From positions 267,035-331,034 of the forward strand of contig JAUYHT010000006.1 of assembly GCA_030688545.1 (NCBI GenBank): a DNA stretch of 64,000 nt, read 5' to 3'. Below are positions 27,415 to 36,693 of this stretch, in pieces. The notes beneath the pieces were generated by a model. It saw only the letters and a program-made list of their open reading frames with translations, was not told where the DNA came from and searched no databases. The number at the start of each line of letters is the position of its first letter. Within the stretch, counting starts at the first letter, position 1. The position numbers were made by a program, and so were the translations under genes. This stretch comes from Candidatus Iainarchaeum sp. (GTDB taxonomy: Archaea; Iainarchaeota; Iainarchaeia; Iainarchaeales; VGJJ01).

Positions 27415-29829
27415 TTAGTTAAACGCCCCCAGCCCGGTCTGTTTTCCTTGATTGCGCAAATCATGGGGGTCGTATCCCAGTTCCACGAGAATACGTTCGA
27501 TGGCGGGTACAACTTGGTGGAGAATGTAGTATTCGGCGTCGTAGTCCCCTTCTTTCACGAATTCCTCGAGTTCGGCTTTCTCTGAAATGGTTTTTCCTTT
27601 GGTAGTTATGATGAACCCCAGCATGGCCCCCACTCGGATGTCTTTCCCCCGCTTCATGGCCTTGAGCGCGGCGGAGACATGGGGGGTTGTTGTAGCGTAG
27701 GATGAGGGACGGCGCTGCATCTGGGTGTGTACTACTAAATCCTTATTGGGAATTTTCCCTTCGCGGAGACGGGAAATAGTCAGTTGGACGGCTCTCAGCG
27801 CGGCCTCGGGATTCCCATTCACGAGGACTTCCTGGAGCACGGTCTTCTGCGTCTCCCGCGCAACCTTGGACCAGTCGCGCCGCACATACTCGAATCCAAC
27901 GATCGTGAGTTGGTTGTCATAGTCCGCGAGGGCGTATCGTTTCTTGGCCGCGTGCCCCTCTTTCCTGGTGACAAAAAGCCCGCGCTTGTAGAGGCCTTCG
28001 AATTCCAGTTCCATAATGCCGGGCAGAGTTTTGTTTATTTTCTTCACGAGCGCGTGCATATCCTTTTCGTTTTTATCTGGTGGCAACAACAAAAATGCCG
28101 AATCTGTATCTGTGTAAATGGCAGTATATCCTTCTTTTTCAACATCCACAAGTGTCTTCTGAATATAGTGCCGCGCCCACGCAGTAATAGCCCGGGCGGA
28201 TTCGCGGGAGTACCAGCGGAAGCGTGGAAATCCGAGCGTCCCAAAGAAGGAGTTGAGCAGTATCTTCAACGCCTGCTTGCGTGCTTTCAGATTGGGCTGG
28301 CGCGGATCGTCTTTGGAAAGGGTATCCATTTCTTTCTGCACGGCGATGCGCTGGCGGAGGATATCATCCATCACTGAGGCGACCAATCCTTTTTCTTTGG
28401 TGCAGAACCAGTGCCCCGTGGGGGCGCGGTTGGGGCCTTTCTGGCACTCCTTATGCGCACAATCCAGTGTCTCGGGGGAAATGTTGTGCGAGATCATAAT
28501 ACTTGGATACAGGGAGCGGAAGTCCAACACCGCCACGTGCGAATGCAAGCCGGCCGTGGGTTCCTTCACGTAACCCCCTTCGATGGGATTCTGGGTGCGG
28601 GCATTCACCTGTTCGTCCGTGGGGGGACTAGGGATGGGAATGTTTCGTGTTACACATTCGGCGAAAAGCACGGCCTCCACCAATTGGGAGGCGGTGGCGC
28701 GGCACGTATCCGAGACTGACAATCGGACGATTCTGGATATCTCGAGCAGGAGGGGAAGGAATTCCAGGGCGAGACGCTGGGTGAAAATAGTGTCATTGAG
28801 GTTGTAGAGGGCCAATTTTTCTAATCCTTTTTTGGTTTGCCAGATTTCGCGGATCTGAACATGGGTCAGCGTTTTCTCCCCTTCCCCGAAAACGGCCTGC
28901 ATCACACTCCCCAAATCCAATTTCACGGTTTTGAGGGCCTGAAAACGATTCAAGAGGCGGGCGAGTTGCAACACATCCACGTGGGGCATCCCTTTTACCC
29001 GGGCTTCGTGCCCGCTGCCACGTCCCACGAGTTGGGGTTCACCAAATCCAAGGTCCAGGGACACCCCATGTTTCTGGGCGCGCGCCAGGAGAAAAGGAAA
29101 ATCAAACCCATCACCATTGTAGGTGGCAATAATATCCACATTCGCGAGACGAAGGAATGTGATGAATTGTTCGAGAAGATGTTTTTCATCCCGAACCAAA
29201 GTGGTTAGGTCATCCACATGCTGGGGCATGAACACTTTGTTTCCTTCAGGAGTGGTAATGGCAATGGAAATGATTTCATCCGCGTCAGAATTGGGCGAAG
29301 TCCCTAACCCACATGTTTCGATGTCGAAAGAAGCAACTCGCCAAGACGCGGGGGGTGAATCGAGGGAAGAAATTGAATGGATATCTCCTGTTTGGTTTAG
29401 CGTCAATTCAATTTTCTGATTGGGAATGAGTTTTTTATCCAGGAGATAACGCCGGGTGTAGGGGATGTTATACTCATGCATCTCCTTCACATGAGGATAG
29501 CGGAGAATCAGCTCCCTCACCCCTAATAGGTCGGGAATGCGGTGGAAATCCAAGCGGATAAATACCTGGTTGGCTCGGGTGACTTTTTGGACGTGAGCAA
29601 GGCGGATACCTCCAGGGAACGTCTCATTTTCAAGGCTGGAAATCATTTCGGGAATGGGGAACCGGGAATCACATGTTATGTAGAAGTAAGGGGGGAATGT
29701 TCTATCCAGGAACAATTTCACCCCTCCCGGGGTGCGGACATATACCTCCACGACGCTCTTTCCCTGGTCTTCGTGCATCTGCACATCTAACAGCCACCCC
29801 TCCCCTGTTTCCTTGCTGCGCGAGGCCAT
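27415..29829 (-). CDS. polB: DNA polymerase family B
   Basis: exo FDIET; pol motifs SLYPSIMISHNISPET, K..NS.FG, IYTDTDS. Confidence 0.9.
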   Translation of the reverse strand: MASRSKETGEGWLLDVQMHEDQGKSVVEVYVRTPGGVKLFLDRTFPPYFYITCDSRFPIPEMISSLENETFPGGIRLAHVQKVTRANQVFIRLDFHRIPDLLGVRELILRYPHVKEMHEYNIPYTRRYLLDKKLIPNQKIELTLNQTGDIHSISSLDSPPASWRVASFDIETCGLGTSPNSDADEIISIAITTPEGNKVFMPQHVDDLTTLVRDEKHLLEQFITFLRLANVDIIATYNGDGFDFPFLLARAQKHGVSLDLGFGEPQLVGRGSGHEARVKGMPHVDVLQLARLLNRFQALKTVKLDLGSVMQAVFGEGEKTLTHVQIREIWQTKKGLEKLALYNLNDTIFTQRLALEFLPLLLEISRIVRLSVSDTCRATASQLVEAVLFAECVTRNIPIPSPPTDEQVNARTQNPIEGGYVKEPTAGLHSHVAVLDFRSLYPSIMISHNISPETLDCAHKECQKGPNRAPTGHWFCTKEKGLVASVMDDILRQRIAVQKEMDTLSKDDPRQPNLKARKQALKILLNSFFGTLGFPRFRWYSRESARAITAWARHYIQKTLVDVEKEGYTAIYTDTDSAFLLLPPDKNEKDMHALVKKINKTLPGIMELEFEGLYKRGLFVTRKEGHAAKKRYALADYDNQLTIVGFEYVRRDWSKVARETQKTVLQEVLVNGNPEAALRAVQLTISRLREGKIPNKDLVVHTQMQRRPSSYATTTPHVSAALKAMKRGKDIRVGAMLGFIITTKGKTISEKAELEEFVKEGDYDAEYYILHQVVPAIERILVELGYDPHDLRNQGKQTGLGAFN

Positions 29830-29864
29830 ACCTCTTTTTTAAGCCCCGACCGGTCTTTTAATCC

Positions 29865-30332
29865 ATGCCCGACCCCCTCCCAGCCGGTTACCCGGCGCCT
29901 CCCCGCCCCCAAGGAGGGACGGATTACCTCTACACCCTCAACCGGGACCTCAAAGCCCTCAACGCCTCCGTCCTGGTCATCACCCAGAAGATCAAGTACC
30001 TCGTCCGCAACGAGAAAATACTCGGAAGAAATCTCATCATCATCAACAAGCGGGTCAAGGAACTCTCCACCTCCCTCGCCCAGACGCAAGGGGAAGGGAT
30101 GTCCGATGAAACTAAACAACTCGTCTCTGACCTATCCCGCCAGGCGAGCGCCTTATCCTCCCAGCTCGTCCAACTGGAATCAAGGCTCGACACCCTCTCC
30201 CGCTCCGCCGCCAAGCAGGACGAGGTGAAAGAACTCAAATATATCATCGATGGGATGAACCCCTTGCATTACGTCACCCGCGAGCAAGTGGAAGAACTGA
30301 TTGATAAGCGGTTGGGCGAACGGAAAAAATAA
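29865..30332 (+). CDS. coiled-coil protein, unknown function
   Basis: heptad-rich helical sequence with Pro-rich N-terminus. Confidence 0.45.
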   Translation: MPDPLPAGYPAPPRPQGGTDYLYTLNRDLKALNASVLVITQKIKYLVRNEKILGRNLIIINKRVKELSTSLAQTQGEGMSDETKQLVSDLSRQASALSSQLVQLESRLDTLSRSAAKQDEVKELKYIIDGMNPLHYVTREQVEELIDKRLGERKK

Positions 30333-30335
30333 ATC

Positions 30336-30501
30336 CTTTTTCCTAAAAAGCGTTCGTTTTTTTGATCAAACTTCATCGTAAACACTATTTTCCGCCAACG
30401 CTTTTTCCAGCGGAAAAAGGGTTGTTACGATGCTCGCAAAACATAGTTTTGCTTGGTTTCCTAAAAAGTTTCTTTTGATGAAACTTTTTTTTAAAAAGTT
30501 C
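30336..30501. repeat. cluster of AT palindromes (CTTTTTCC-N-GGAAAAAG type) and TTTGATCAAA between convergent genes
   Basis: ctttttcctaaaaag (30336-50), tttgatcaaa (30361-70), ctttttccagcggaaaaag (30401-19), gaaactttttttttaaaaagttc (30477-501). Confidence 0.5.
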
Positions 30502-30502
30502 G

Positions 30503-32044
30503 TTATGAGAACAAGAAGTCTCCCACCACGCGCTGGGAGTAGGTGTCTCTCAGGGTGACGCGGTAGTTTTTGCGGCCCACCAAAGCCACTCCGGCCTGGC
30601 GTCCGCCGATGACGGAGATTTGGGCGTCGCAGAGGTTGCGGACATTCTGCGGGAGATCGATGCCGTGGGCTGAAGAGAGGATAAACCCCACGTCCTGGGT
30701 GTTGCTCTCGCTCAACAGCCGTTCCAGTTCCCGGTGCAAGGCGGGTTCCCGGCGGGGGTCGAATAGGGGCATGGCCTCTGGAATGACAATGAGGGATTTC
30801 ATTCTATCGGATACTCCTTTCCGGGTGTACCAGGAATAGATCCCCTTCATGATGGTGTACACCAGGAGGTTGCGCAGGCGCGGGGGGGTATGAGGCAGAC
30901 GCACAACTCCTATTCGTCCGATGGATTGGAACCAGCTCTTGGATATCTCCTCAATAGGATTGGTCCCGTCGAATAGTTTGGGGAATGTTTGGTCCAATAG
31001 GGTAAGGAGTCGTATGAGGCTGTTGATCTGGAAGGAGGAGAATGTGTCCGAGGGGGGGAGTTGTCTCAAAATGCGCACCCCTTCGTCAATGGAGGTCACG
31101 GAATGCTCGCGCAGAAATCGAGCGAGGTGCAATCCCAATTCATGATGCTCCAATCCCAGTATTTCCACCATGGCCTCAGGAGGAACAGTTGAGAGTTCGA
31201 TCTTCAAATTTTCGAAAGGCAGGAATTCCTTCAGGGGAAAACCAATGGGGTCCCCTTCAATCTTTTGCATGTGCAACGTGTCCGCGCTCGCGTTGGGATT
31301 GCGCATGACCGAGAATGTGTTGTTCCAGTCCATTATGACCACGGGGATGTTGGAGAATAAGGCCCCTTCCGCGATGACCTGAAGCACGTGTTCCCGGTGC
31401 TCTTTCCGCCCCCCTTCCACAAGGGTTTTCTTGAAGAAGAGAATGGGTTCCTTCACTAGCAATCCTGCTTGGGTCGTTCCCAATATGAATTCCCCGGGAA
31501 GCGCCCCGCTATGCGCTTGCGGCGTGCGAATAGTCTGATCCCCCTCGCGGGAATAGTGGGCACTCGTGGCGAGCATGGGAATGAGCATGGGCGCGCTGAA
31601 GAAGGCATTCCGCACCTTCTCATTGGTCTGGGCTAATGGGGTCATCTGGATGTCATAGGCCCGTGCCACTTCTTTCAGCAGGGAGTTCCCCACCTCTATT
31701 TTCTTGAGAAGTATATCCGTCTGCTCGAGCACGATGCCCTCCTCCCACGCCACCGACACGGGGTCGCTGCCCAATATGAGAAAGGTATGCGTCTCGTCCA
31801 CGCTGTGTTTAGTCCATACCAATAAGTCCCGTGGCAGGGTTTGAACAAACCCCCGGACATCTCCAGTGGCCTCGTACACCTGGTAGAATTCGCACGTGGC
31901 TTGGGTGAATGTTCCCCCTTCCGGGTGCAGGGTTTGGATGTAGATCCATTTTTCGGGGCTCGTGTACACCTCGAGTGACTGATCCTGGATATTCCCTTTC
32001 AGGAGCAGCGACCAGGGTCCTTGGGCGATCTTGAACAACGGCAT
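30503..32044 (-). CDS. large conserved hypothetical protein (513 aa), no recognisable catalytic motif
   Basis: long unambiguous ORF; no Walker A; one hhhhxPEA segment (LIVIPEAMPLF). Confidence 0.5.
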   Translation of the reverse strand: MPLFKIAQGPWSLLLKGNIQDQSLEVYTSPEKWIYIQTLHPEGGTFTQATCEFYQVYEATGDVRGFVQTLPRDLLVWTKHSVDETHTFLILGSDPVSVAWEEGIVLEQTDILLKKIEVGNSLLKEVARAYDIQMTPLAQTNEKVRNAFFSAPMLIPMLATSAHYSREGDQTIRTPQAHSGALPGEFILGTTQAGLLVKEPILFFKKTLVEGGRKEHREHVLQVIAEGALFSNIPVVIMDWNNTFSVMRNPNASADTLHMQKIEGDPIGFPLKEFLPFENLKIELSTVPPEAMVEILGLEHHELGLHLARFLREHSVTSIDEGVRILRQLPPSDTFSSFQINSLIRLLTLLDQTFPKLFDGTNPIEEISKSWFQSIGRIGVVRLPHTPPRLRNLLVYTIMKGIYSWYTRKGVSDRMKSLIVIPEAMPLFDPRREPALHRELERLLSESNTQDVGFILSSAHGIDLPQNVRNLCDAQISVIGGRQAGVALVGRKNYRVTLRDTYSQRVVGDFLFS

Positions 32045-32113
32045 GGGGATTCCAACGGAAGAGGTTTTTTATAGCAGGGTTGGTTCCTATTTAAAGCGCA
32101 CGCGAGGCTGGCC

Positions 32114-32719
32114 ATGGTCAATGACGAAATCATCCTCAACACCATTCGCAAGATGCAGGACGCGGGTCTCTCGGATAACATCATCCGTTCTACTCTTTCT
32201 GACCTGGGGTTGGGCAACGAGCAGGTCCAATCCTTCCTCTCCCGCGCGGGAATAAAAGACTCATCCCAAGGTCTTTCCTTTCCGGCCTCCCCCCCTCCTC
32301 CCTTATCTGAAAAACCCAATACGGCTTCCAGGGGAGAATCCAACCCTTCCTTGTCAGAAGCCGACCACGAGGCCATCGCTTCCCGCACGAGCGAAGTGTT
32401 GCAGCAGCAGATGGCCCATCGGGAACAGTCCATACAAAATGAGCATTCCCTGCGTGACAGCATCACCCATTTGGCACTGGAACAGCACGGCGAACAATTG
32501 AAGGACACCCACTCCGCGGTGGTCGAGCTCCATGACCGGCTGGACGGGATGAATATCGATACCCTTTCTTCCCGCCTCGCTGGATTAGGCACGCGCACGG
32601 ATGTCATCGCCAATGACGTATCCGAAATTAAATCCCGCATGGGGGCTTTGAATGCCCTGATGCAGAAAGTCCTTGAGACGGAACAGAAACTCTTGTTCGG
32701 GAGCAAGGACAAGAAATAG
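32114..32719 (+). CDS. coiled-coil protein with small N-terminal helical domain
   Basis: N-terminus IILNTIRKMQDAGLSDNIIRSTLSDLGL, Pro/Ser linker, then coiled coil; resembles 29865-30332 in style. Confidence 0.45.
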   Translation: MVNDEIILNTIRKMQDAGLSDNIIRSTLSDLGLGNEQVQSFLSRAGIKDSSQGLSFPASPPPPLSEKPNTASRGESNPSLSEADHEAIASRTSEVLQQQMAHREQSIQNEHSLRDSITHLALEQHGEQLKDTHSAVVELHDRLDGMNIDTLSSRLAGLGTRTDVIANDVSEIKSRMGALNALMQKVLETEQKLLFGSKDKK

Positions 32720-32810
32720 CCTTTAGTCATTTGCCCCCGATGTTCTTTTCGACAGAATATTTTTCTAAACCGTTTTCTTGTAAATTTTTTCTAGGTCGTT
32801 TTTGATCGCC

Positions 32811-32917
32811 CTTTTTTCTAAAAGGAGGGTTTTTGATCAAACTTTTTCCCAAAAAGTTTGATGAGGAAGCTTTTTTCTGAGTCGATTTTTTGATAAAACT
32901 TTTTCCTAAAAAGTTTT
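32811..32917. repeat. AT palindrome cluster (TCAAACTTTTT-ccc-AAAAAGTTTGA and relatives) between convergent genes
   Basis: perfect 11-bp arms at 32837-32861; second copy 32895-32917. Confidence 0.5.
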
Positions 32918-32927
32918 TAAAAAAGTT

Positions 32928-33332
32928 TCATTTGAAGAGCTTGTGTAGCCCGTCCCAGAATTGTTCCGCCATGGTGGCGAGGGCGTGCATGGGTTGGGGG
33001 ATGTTCCATTGGTAATTGTATGCGTCCTTATAGGATTTGGCTCCTTTGGGGAGGATGGTTTCTTGGGTCTTCTCCGAGAGGGCTTTTCCTATGTTTTCGA
33101 ATGTCCCTTTGGGATGGCTTCCTTTCGCCGCTTCCATGGCGTGGTATTCCTCCTCGTATATTTTTTTGGCCTTTTCAATCCCTTTTTTGGCCCCTCGGGT
33201 AATCGTCCGAGTGGAATAGAAAACCATGTACACGAGAAATAGCAGGCCGCCTGCGATTAGCCAGAATAGGTTTCCCGTCGCCGCGAGCGCCACGAGAATG
33301 ACTAATAGCAGAATCCATCCTCCCTCACTCAT
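32928..33332 (-). CDS. small membrane protein (2 TM + amphipathic tail)
   Basis: hydropathy. Confidence 0.4.
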   Translation of the reverse strand: MSEGGWILLLVILVALAATGNLFWLIAGGLLFLVYMVFYSTRTITRGAKKGIEKAKKIYEEEYHAMEAAKGSHPKGTFENIGKALSEKTQETILPKGAKSYKDAYNYQWNIPQPMHALATMAEQFWDGLHKLFK

Positions 33333-33697
33333 TAGTGGCCGCCCCCCATGCCTCCAAATCCACCCATTCCTCCTCCCATGCCGCCGCCCATACCCCCATC
33401 CATTCCCTGGAGCATCGCCAGCATGTCGGGGGACATCGCGGCCTGTTCCTCCGAAGGCTTCACTCCCACAAAATAGGCCAATCCCACGAGCGCCACGACG
33501 ACATAGAGTAATTCTCCTTTCAGCGCCCCCCCGAAGATGAAAAATACGACCCCTGTCACGAGCGTGAGCAATATTCCCGGAATTGAGCGTAGGCTGATGA
33601 GCAAAAATACGAGGATGGCGAGGCTCAGCCAGATCTGGCTGTATTGCATGGTGAAGGCCAGCAGGAACACCGCCACCGCGTACGTGAAGGAGTCCAT
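33332..33697 (-). CDS. small membrane protein with C-terminal Gly/Met repeat (GGMGGGMGGGMGGFGGMGGGH)
   Basis: 3-4 TM then (GGMG)n tail. Confidence 0.45.
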   Translation of the reverse strand: MDSFTYAVAVFLLAFTMQYSQIWLSLAILVFLLISLRSIPGILLTLVTGVVFFIFGGALKGELLYVVVALVGLAYFVGVKPSEEQAAMSPDMLAMLQGMDGGMGGGMGGGMGGFGGMGGGH

Positions 33698-33704
33698 GCG
33701 TCGT

Positions 33705-33947
33705 TCACTTCCCGAAGACGTTCACTTTGGTGAAAACGTCTTTTCCGAATGTAGCGAAAGCCCATAAAAAAACGAGCCCCCACACGAGCTCGGGAAACTG
33801 GTAAAACGTGAGGAACATGATTACAAGGGCCGTGACGAAAGCGAGCTTGGTGCTCCCCACATTTCCTTTGGCCCAGTTGTAGATCCAGATGAATAGGAAT
33901 ATGGTGATGGCCAATTGGACGTTTTCCGTGAGGGATTGGAGGAGCAT
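33705..33947 (-). CDS. small membrane protein (2-3 TM)
   Basis: hydropathy. Confidence 0.4.
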   Translation of the reverse strand: MLLQSLTENVQLAITIFLFIWIYNWAKGNVGSTKLAFVTALVIMFLTFYQFPELVWGLVFLWAFATFGKDVFTKVNVFGK

Positions 33948-34005
33948 GCGCTCCTATTTTGGACGAAATCCCCTTATTTAAGGGAATGGTCATTTTGGAG
34001 AAAAG

Positions 34006-34746
34006 TTATCCGGAGGCGGCCTCGTCGTAGCGGGAAAAACGTCCTCTCCCTCGTCCCCCATTCCCACCCATGCGGGGTCGGCGTTTGCGCGCACCATCGT
34101 CATCCCCTTCCCGCACCGGGTGTTCGAACTCTTCGGGCGTCCTGGTAAAGGATTCTTCATCCGCGATCTTTCCCGTTCCGATTAAATAGCCCCGGGCCAG
34201 GAGCCAATAGATGAGGGCCAGGGATTTGCGCCCTTTATTGTTCACGGGAAGAACCACATCGATGTTTCTGAGTTCATTGTTCGTTGATGCTAATGCCACT
34301 ACAGCTGCCCGGGCGAGGGAGGCTTCTTGGATGGCTTGCACATCGGACTCTGGTTCGGTGATGATGACCACTTTGGGTTGTAAAAATTCCTTCCCTTCGG
34401 GATTGGTAAATGTTCCGGGCACGAATCGTCCGGTGAGCGCGCGGCATCCGATGGTCGCGGCGAATTCTTCAACCGGTGTTTTCCCATACATCTTTCGGCT
34501 GACCACAATAATTTCATGCGGGGCATACCGGGAGAGGAATTGTCCCACGTGCTTGACGCGTTGGTCAATCATCTGGATATCCAGCACTTTTAGCCCGTCC
34601 CGACGCTGTTTGTAGATGTACTTTCCCATATCCCCTGATTTGAATCGGGCGCCGATGTGGGCACCGGAAGTAAGGTATTTCTCCATGAGGGGATTAGTCC
34701 CGACGGGGGTGTTCTGGATATCATCTTGTTTGTCAGTCATCGGCAA
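34006..34746 (-). CDS. rps2: 30S ribosomal protein S2 (uS2)
   Basis: archaeal uS2 core; Gly/Arg-rich C-terminal tail. Confidence 0.85.
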   Translation of the reverse strand: MPMTDKQDDIQNTPVGTNPLMEKYLTSGAHIGARFKSGDMGKYIYKQRRDGLKVLDIQMIDQRVKHVGQFLSRYAPHEIIVVSRKMYGKTPVEEFAATIGCRALTGRFVPGTFTNPEGKEFLQPKVVIITEPESDVQAIQEASLARAAVVALASTNNELRNIDVVLPVNNKGRKSLALIYWLLARGYLIGTGKIADEESFTRTPEEFEHPVREGDDDGARKRRPRMGGNGGRGRGRFSRYDEAASG

Positions 34747-34941
34747 TCACACGTTATATCGCATCACGTCATCGATTAATTCGACATGACTGCGGAGCAT
34801 TCGTCGGCAACAATACCTTGTTATCCCCAATTCTTGGAAAATATCTTCCCATTTCTCTCCCTTCTTGACACGGGATTGAATTTCGTCATGGTATCCCGCG
34901 ACGGGTTTTCCGCATGAGAAGCATCGTACTGGCATGATCAT
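34747..34941 (-). CDS. rpoN: DNA-directed RNA polymerase subunit N (Rpo10)
   Basis: MIMPVRCFSCGK...YCCRRM zinc motif, 64 aa. Confidence 0.9.
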   Translation of the reverse strand: MIMPVRCFSCGKPVAGYHDEIQSRVKKGEKWEDIFQELGITRYCCRRMLRSHVELIDDVMRYNV

Positions 34942-34956
34942 ATGGTTCCCTCCGAA

Positions 34957-35373
34957 TCAGCGTTTGGAATGCTGTTTCTTCCTCCGTGCTTTGGGCCCTA
35001 AAGGTTTCTTTGGTTCGGTCCGCCGGGGATCGTCCACGAGGAGCATCCGGTCGTATTGGAGGTATTTCTTTCGCAGGTCATCCCCTAGATGTTCCGCTAA
35101 GGCTTTGGCCAGCGTGGCCCTAACCGCCACCGCTTGGGACATGGGCCCTGATCCCTGCACCCTGACATCAAAATCGAATGCATGGGCCGCTTCCCCCGCC
35201 AGGAGCAATGGTTCCCGGATAAAGGTTTGTACCTCAGGGGGTTCCACGAGATTCAGGTGGCGGGCATTGATCCTCACCACCCCCCTCCCGGGAGAGATGA
35301 TGGTTTTGGCGATAGCCTCTTTCTTCTTGGCCTTGAACATCATTTGCTTTTTCCGTTTCGCCATGTCATTCAC
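34957..35373 (-). CDS. rps9: 30S ribosomal protein S9 (uS9)
   Basis: GRGVVRINARHLNLVEPPEVQTF core; K/R-rich C-terminus. Confidence 0.85.
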   Translation of the reverse strand: MNDMAKRKKQMMFKAKKKEAIAKTIISPGRGVVRINARHLNLVEPPEVQTFIREPLLLAGEAAHAFDFDVRVQGSGPMSQAVAVRATLAKALAEHLGDDLRKKYLQYDRMLLVDDPRRTEPKKPLGPKARRKKQHSKR

Positions 35374-35864
35374 CTGTCTTTCAATCCGGTGTACCCGATG
35401 GATTCGGCTAATTGCAACACGCTAAAAACCCCTTTGGCTCTCTGATTGCGGGCTTTTTCCAGTGGTTCAAATGTTTTTCCTTCATATTGGGTGGGTGTCC
35501 CGATGTAAACCCGCAAACGCCGCAGAGCCTCGCGTCCCCGCATCCGTTTGGAGGGCAACATCCCCTCGATGATCTCTTTGAGGATGCGGTCGGGCATTTT
35601 AGAGAAGCGGGGTCCGAATTCAGGATTTCCTTTGGGACGTAAATCAAGTCGTTTTTGCCAGCGGGTCGAGAGCACGATGGGATTTCCAGTGAAAACGGCC
35701 TTCTCCGCATTCACAATAATCACACGCTTCCCCTTCAGCAAGTCTTGCGCCACGTGAGAAGCCAGACGCCCGACCACGAGATTAGTCGCATCGACATGGT
35801 GTGTCGCATCCCCCCTACTGGGTGGGGAGGAAGCTGGTTTTTTAGTTATAGGGGGGTTGGTCAT
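35370..35864 (-). CDS. rpl13: 50S ribosomal protein L13 (uL13)
   Basis: VDATNLVVGRLASHVA N-terminal signature. Confidence 0.85.
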   Translation of the reverse strand: MTNPPITKKPASSPPSRGDATHHVDATNLVVGRLASHVAQDLLKGKRVIIVNAEKAVFTGNPIVLSTRWQKRLDLRPKGNPEFGPRFSKMPDRILKEIIEGMLPSKRMRGREALRRLRVYIGTPTQYEGKTFEPLEKARNQRAKGVFSVLQLAESIGYTGLKDR

Positions 35865-35865
35865 T

Positions 35866-36234
35866 CTATTTCACCACCATCATCCGAGAGGAAGGAATAT
35901 TGTTTTCAATCAATTGGGCGAGCGTGTAAATCGTTCCTTGCTTCCCCGTGATTTTATCTCTCGCCGCCTGCGAGAACCCCAGGGCGGCCACTTCCATCTT
36001 CTCAGAAACATCCCCTTTCCCCATGACTTTTCCGGGGACGACGAATACCTTGTCCTTGAATCGGATGGCCATCCCATTGAGATGATCCACATTCACTTCC
36101 GCCCGGTTGCGGGTGGAAGTTTGGATGAGCGTGGCGAGCGTGCGGAACACATTCTGCTTGGTCTTTTTTCCCTGCTTGTCCAACTGCACCACGAGTTGTC
36201 GCGTCATTGGATTGGTTGGTCCGCTTCGTTTCAT
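35866..36234 (-). CDS. rpl18e: 50S ribosomal protein L18e (eL18)
   Basis: TNPMTRQLVVQLDKQGKK...RNRAEVNV; start trimmed to MKRSG (AGGTGA SD). Confidence 0.8.
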   Translation of the reverse strand: MKRSGPTNPMTRQLVVQLDKQGKKTKQNVFRTLATLIQTSTRNRAEVNVDHLNGMAIRFKDKVFVVPGKVMGKGDVSEKMEVAALGFSQAARDKITGKQGTIYTLAQLIENNIPSSRMMVVK

Positions 36235-36299
36235 TTTTTTCACCTGATAATATTCTTTTCTTTTTTTGGCCACCGGGAAATTAGAAAAAGGTTGGCGAA

Positions 36300-36365
36300 A
36301 ACCTTTTAGCCGGGAGGTTTCCGAGAAACCTCCCCATGTCCAAACGCCCAAATGGAATTTGGGCA
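36300..36365. terminator. two GC hairpins immediately 3' of tRNA-Leu
   Basis: gggaggttt-ccgag-aaacctccc (36312-36335) and gcccaaat-gga-atttgggc (36346-36364). Confidence 0.3.
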
Positions 36366-36449
36366 TGCACGGGGGAGGATTCGAACCTCCGAAGGCACTA
36401 AGCCACCAGATCTTAAGTCTGGCCCCTTTGACCGCTCGGGAACCCGTGC
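36366..36449 (-). tRNA. tRNA-Leu (anticodon UAA), long variable arm
   Basis: acceptor gcacggg/cccgtgc, anticodon arm ccaga-ctTAAga-tctgg, variable stem ggc/gcc, T arm ggagg-ttcgaat-cctcc. Confidence 0.8.
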
Positions 36450-36451
36450 CA

Positions 36452-36545
36452 CAAACTTTTTGGGAAAAAGTTTGATCAAAAACCTTTCCTCTTGAAAAAA
36501 GTTTGATCAAAAAACCCTTTCCTTTTGGAAAAAGGCTTAATCAAA
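36452..36545. repeat. three tandem AT palindrome/TTTGATCAAA elements between tRNA-Leu and rpoD
   Basis: CAAACTTTTT-ggg-AAAAAGTTTG-atcaaaaa, then two degenerate copies. Confidence 0.5.
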
Positions 36546-36693
36546 CAAACTTTTCATTGTGGAATAATCCCGAAGAATTGGCTATCCCCCCGTTTTCTTT
36601 TTGGGAAATCTGGGGGGTCAAAACCGCTTCCATCTAGGAAAATGGCTCCGAATCGGTTAAAAGGCGCTAGGGGCAGTGGGTGCCTCTGGCTGG

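Noticed and set aside
30503-32044. HerA/FtsK-like ATPase call for the 513-aa protein
   Set aside because: No Walker A (no GxxxxGK[ST]) anywhere. Only a vague Walker-B-like hhhhxPEA segment. Kept as hypothetical.
35866-36510. 214-aa ORF as given
   Set aside because: Its 5' part runs through the tRNA-Leu gene and hairpins. Only the C-terminal 122 aa (eL18 from MKRSG) are coding.
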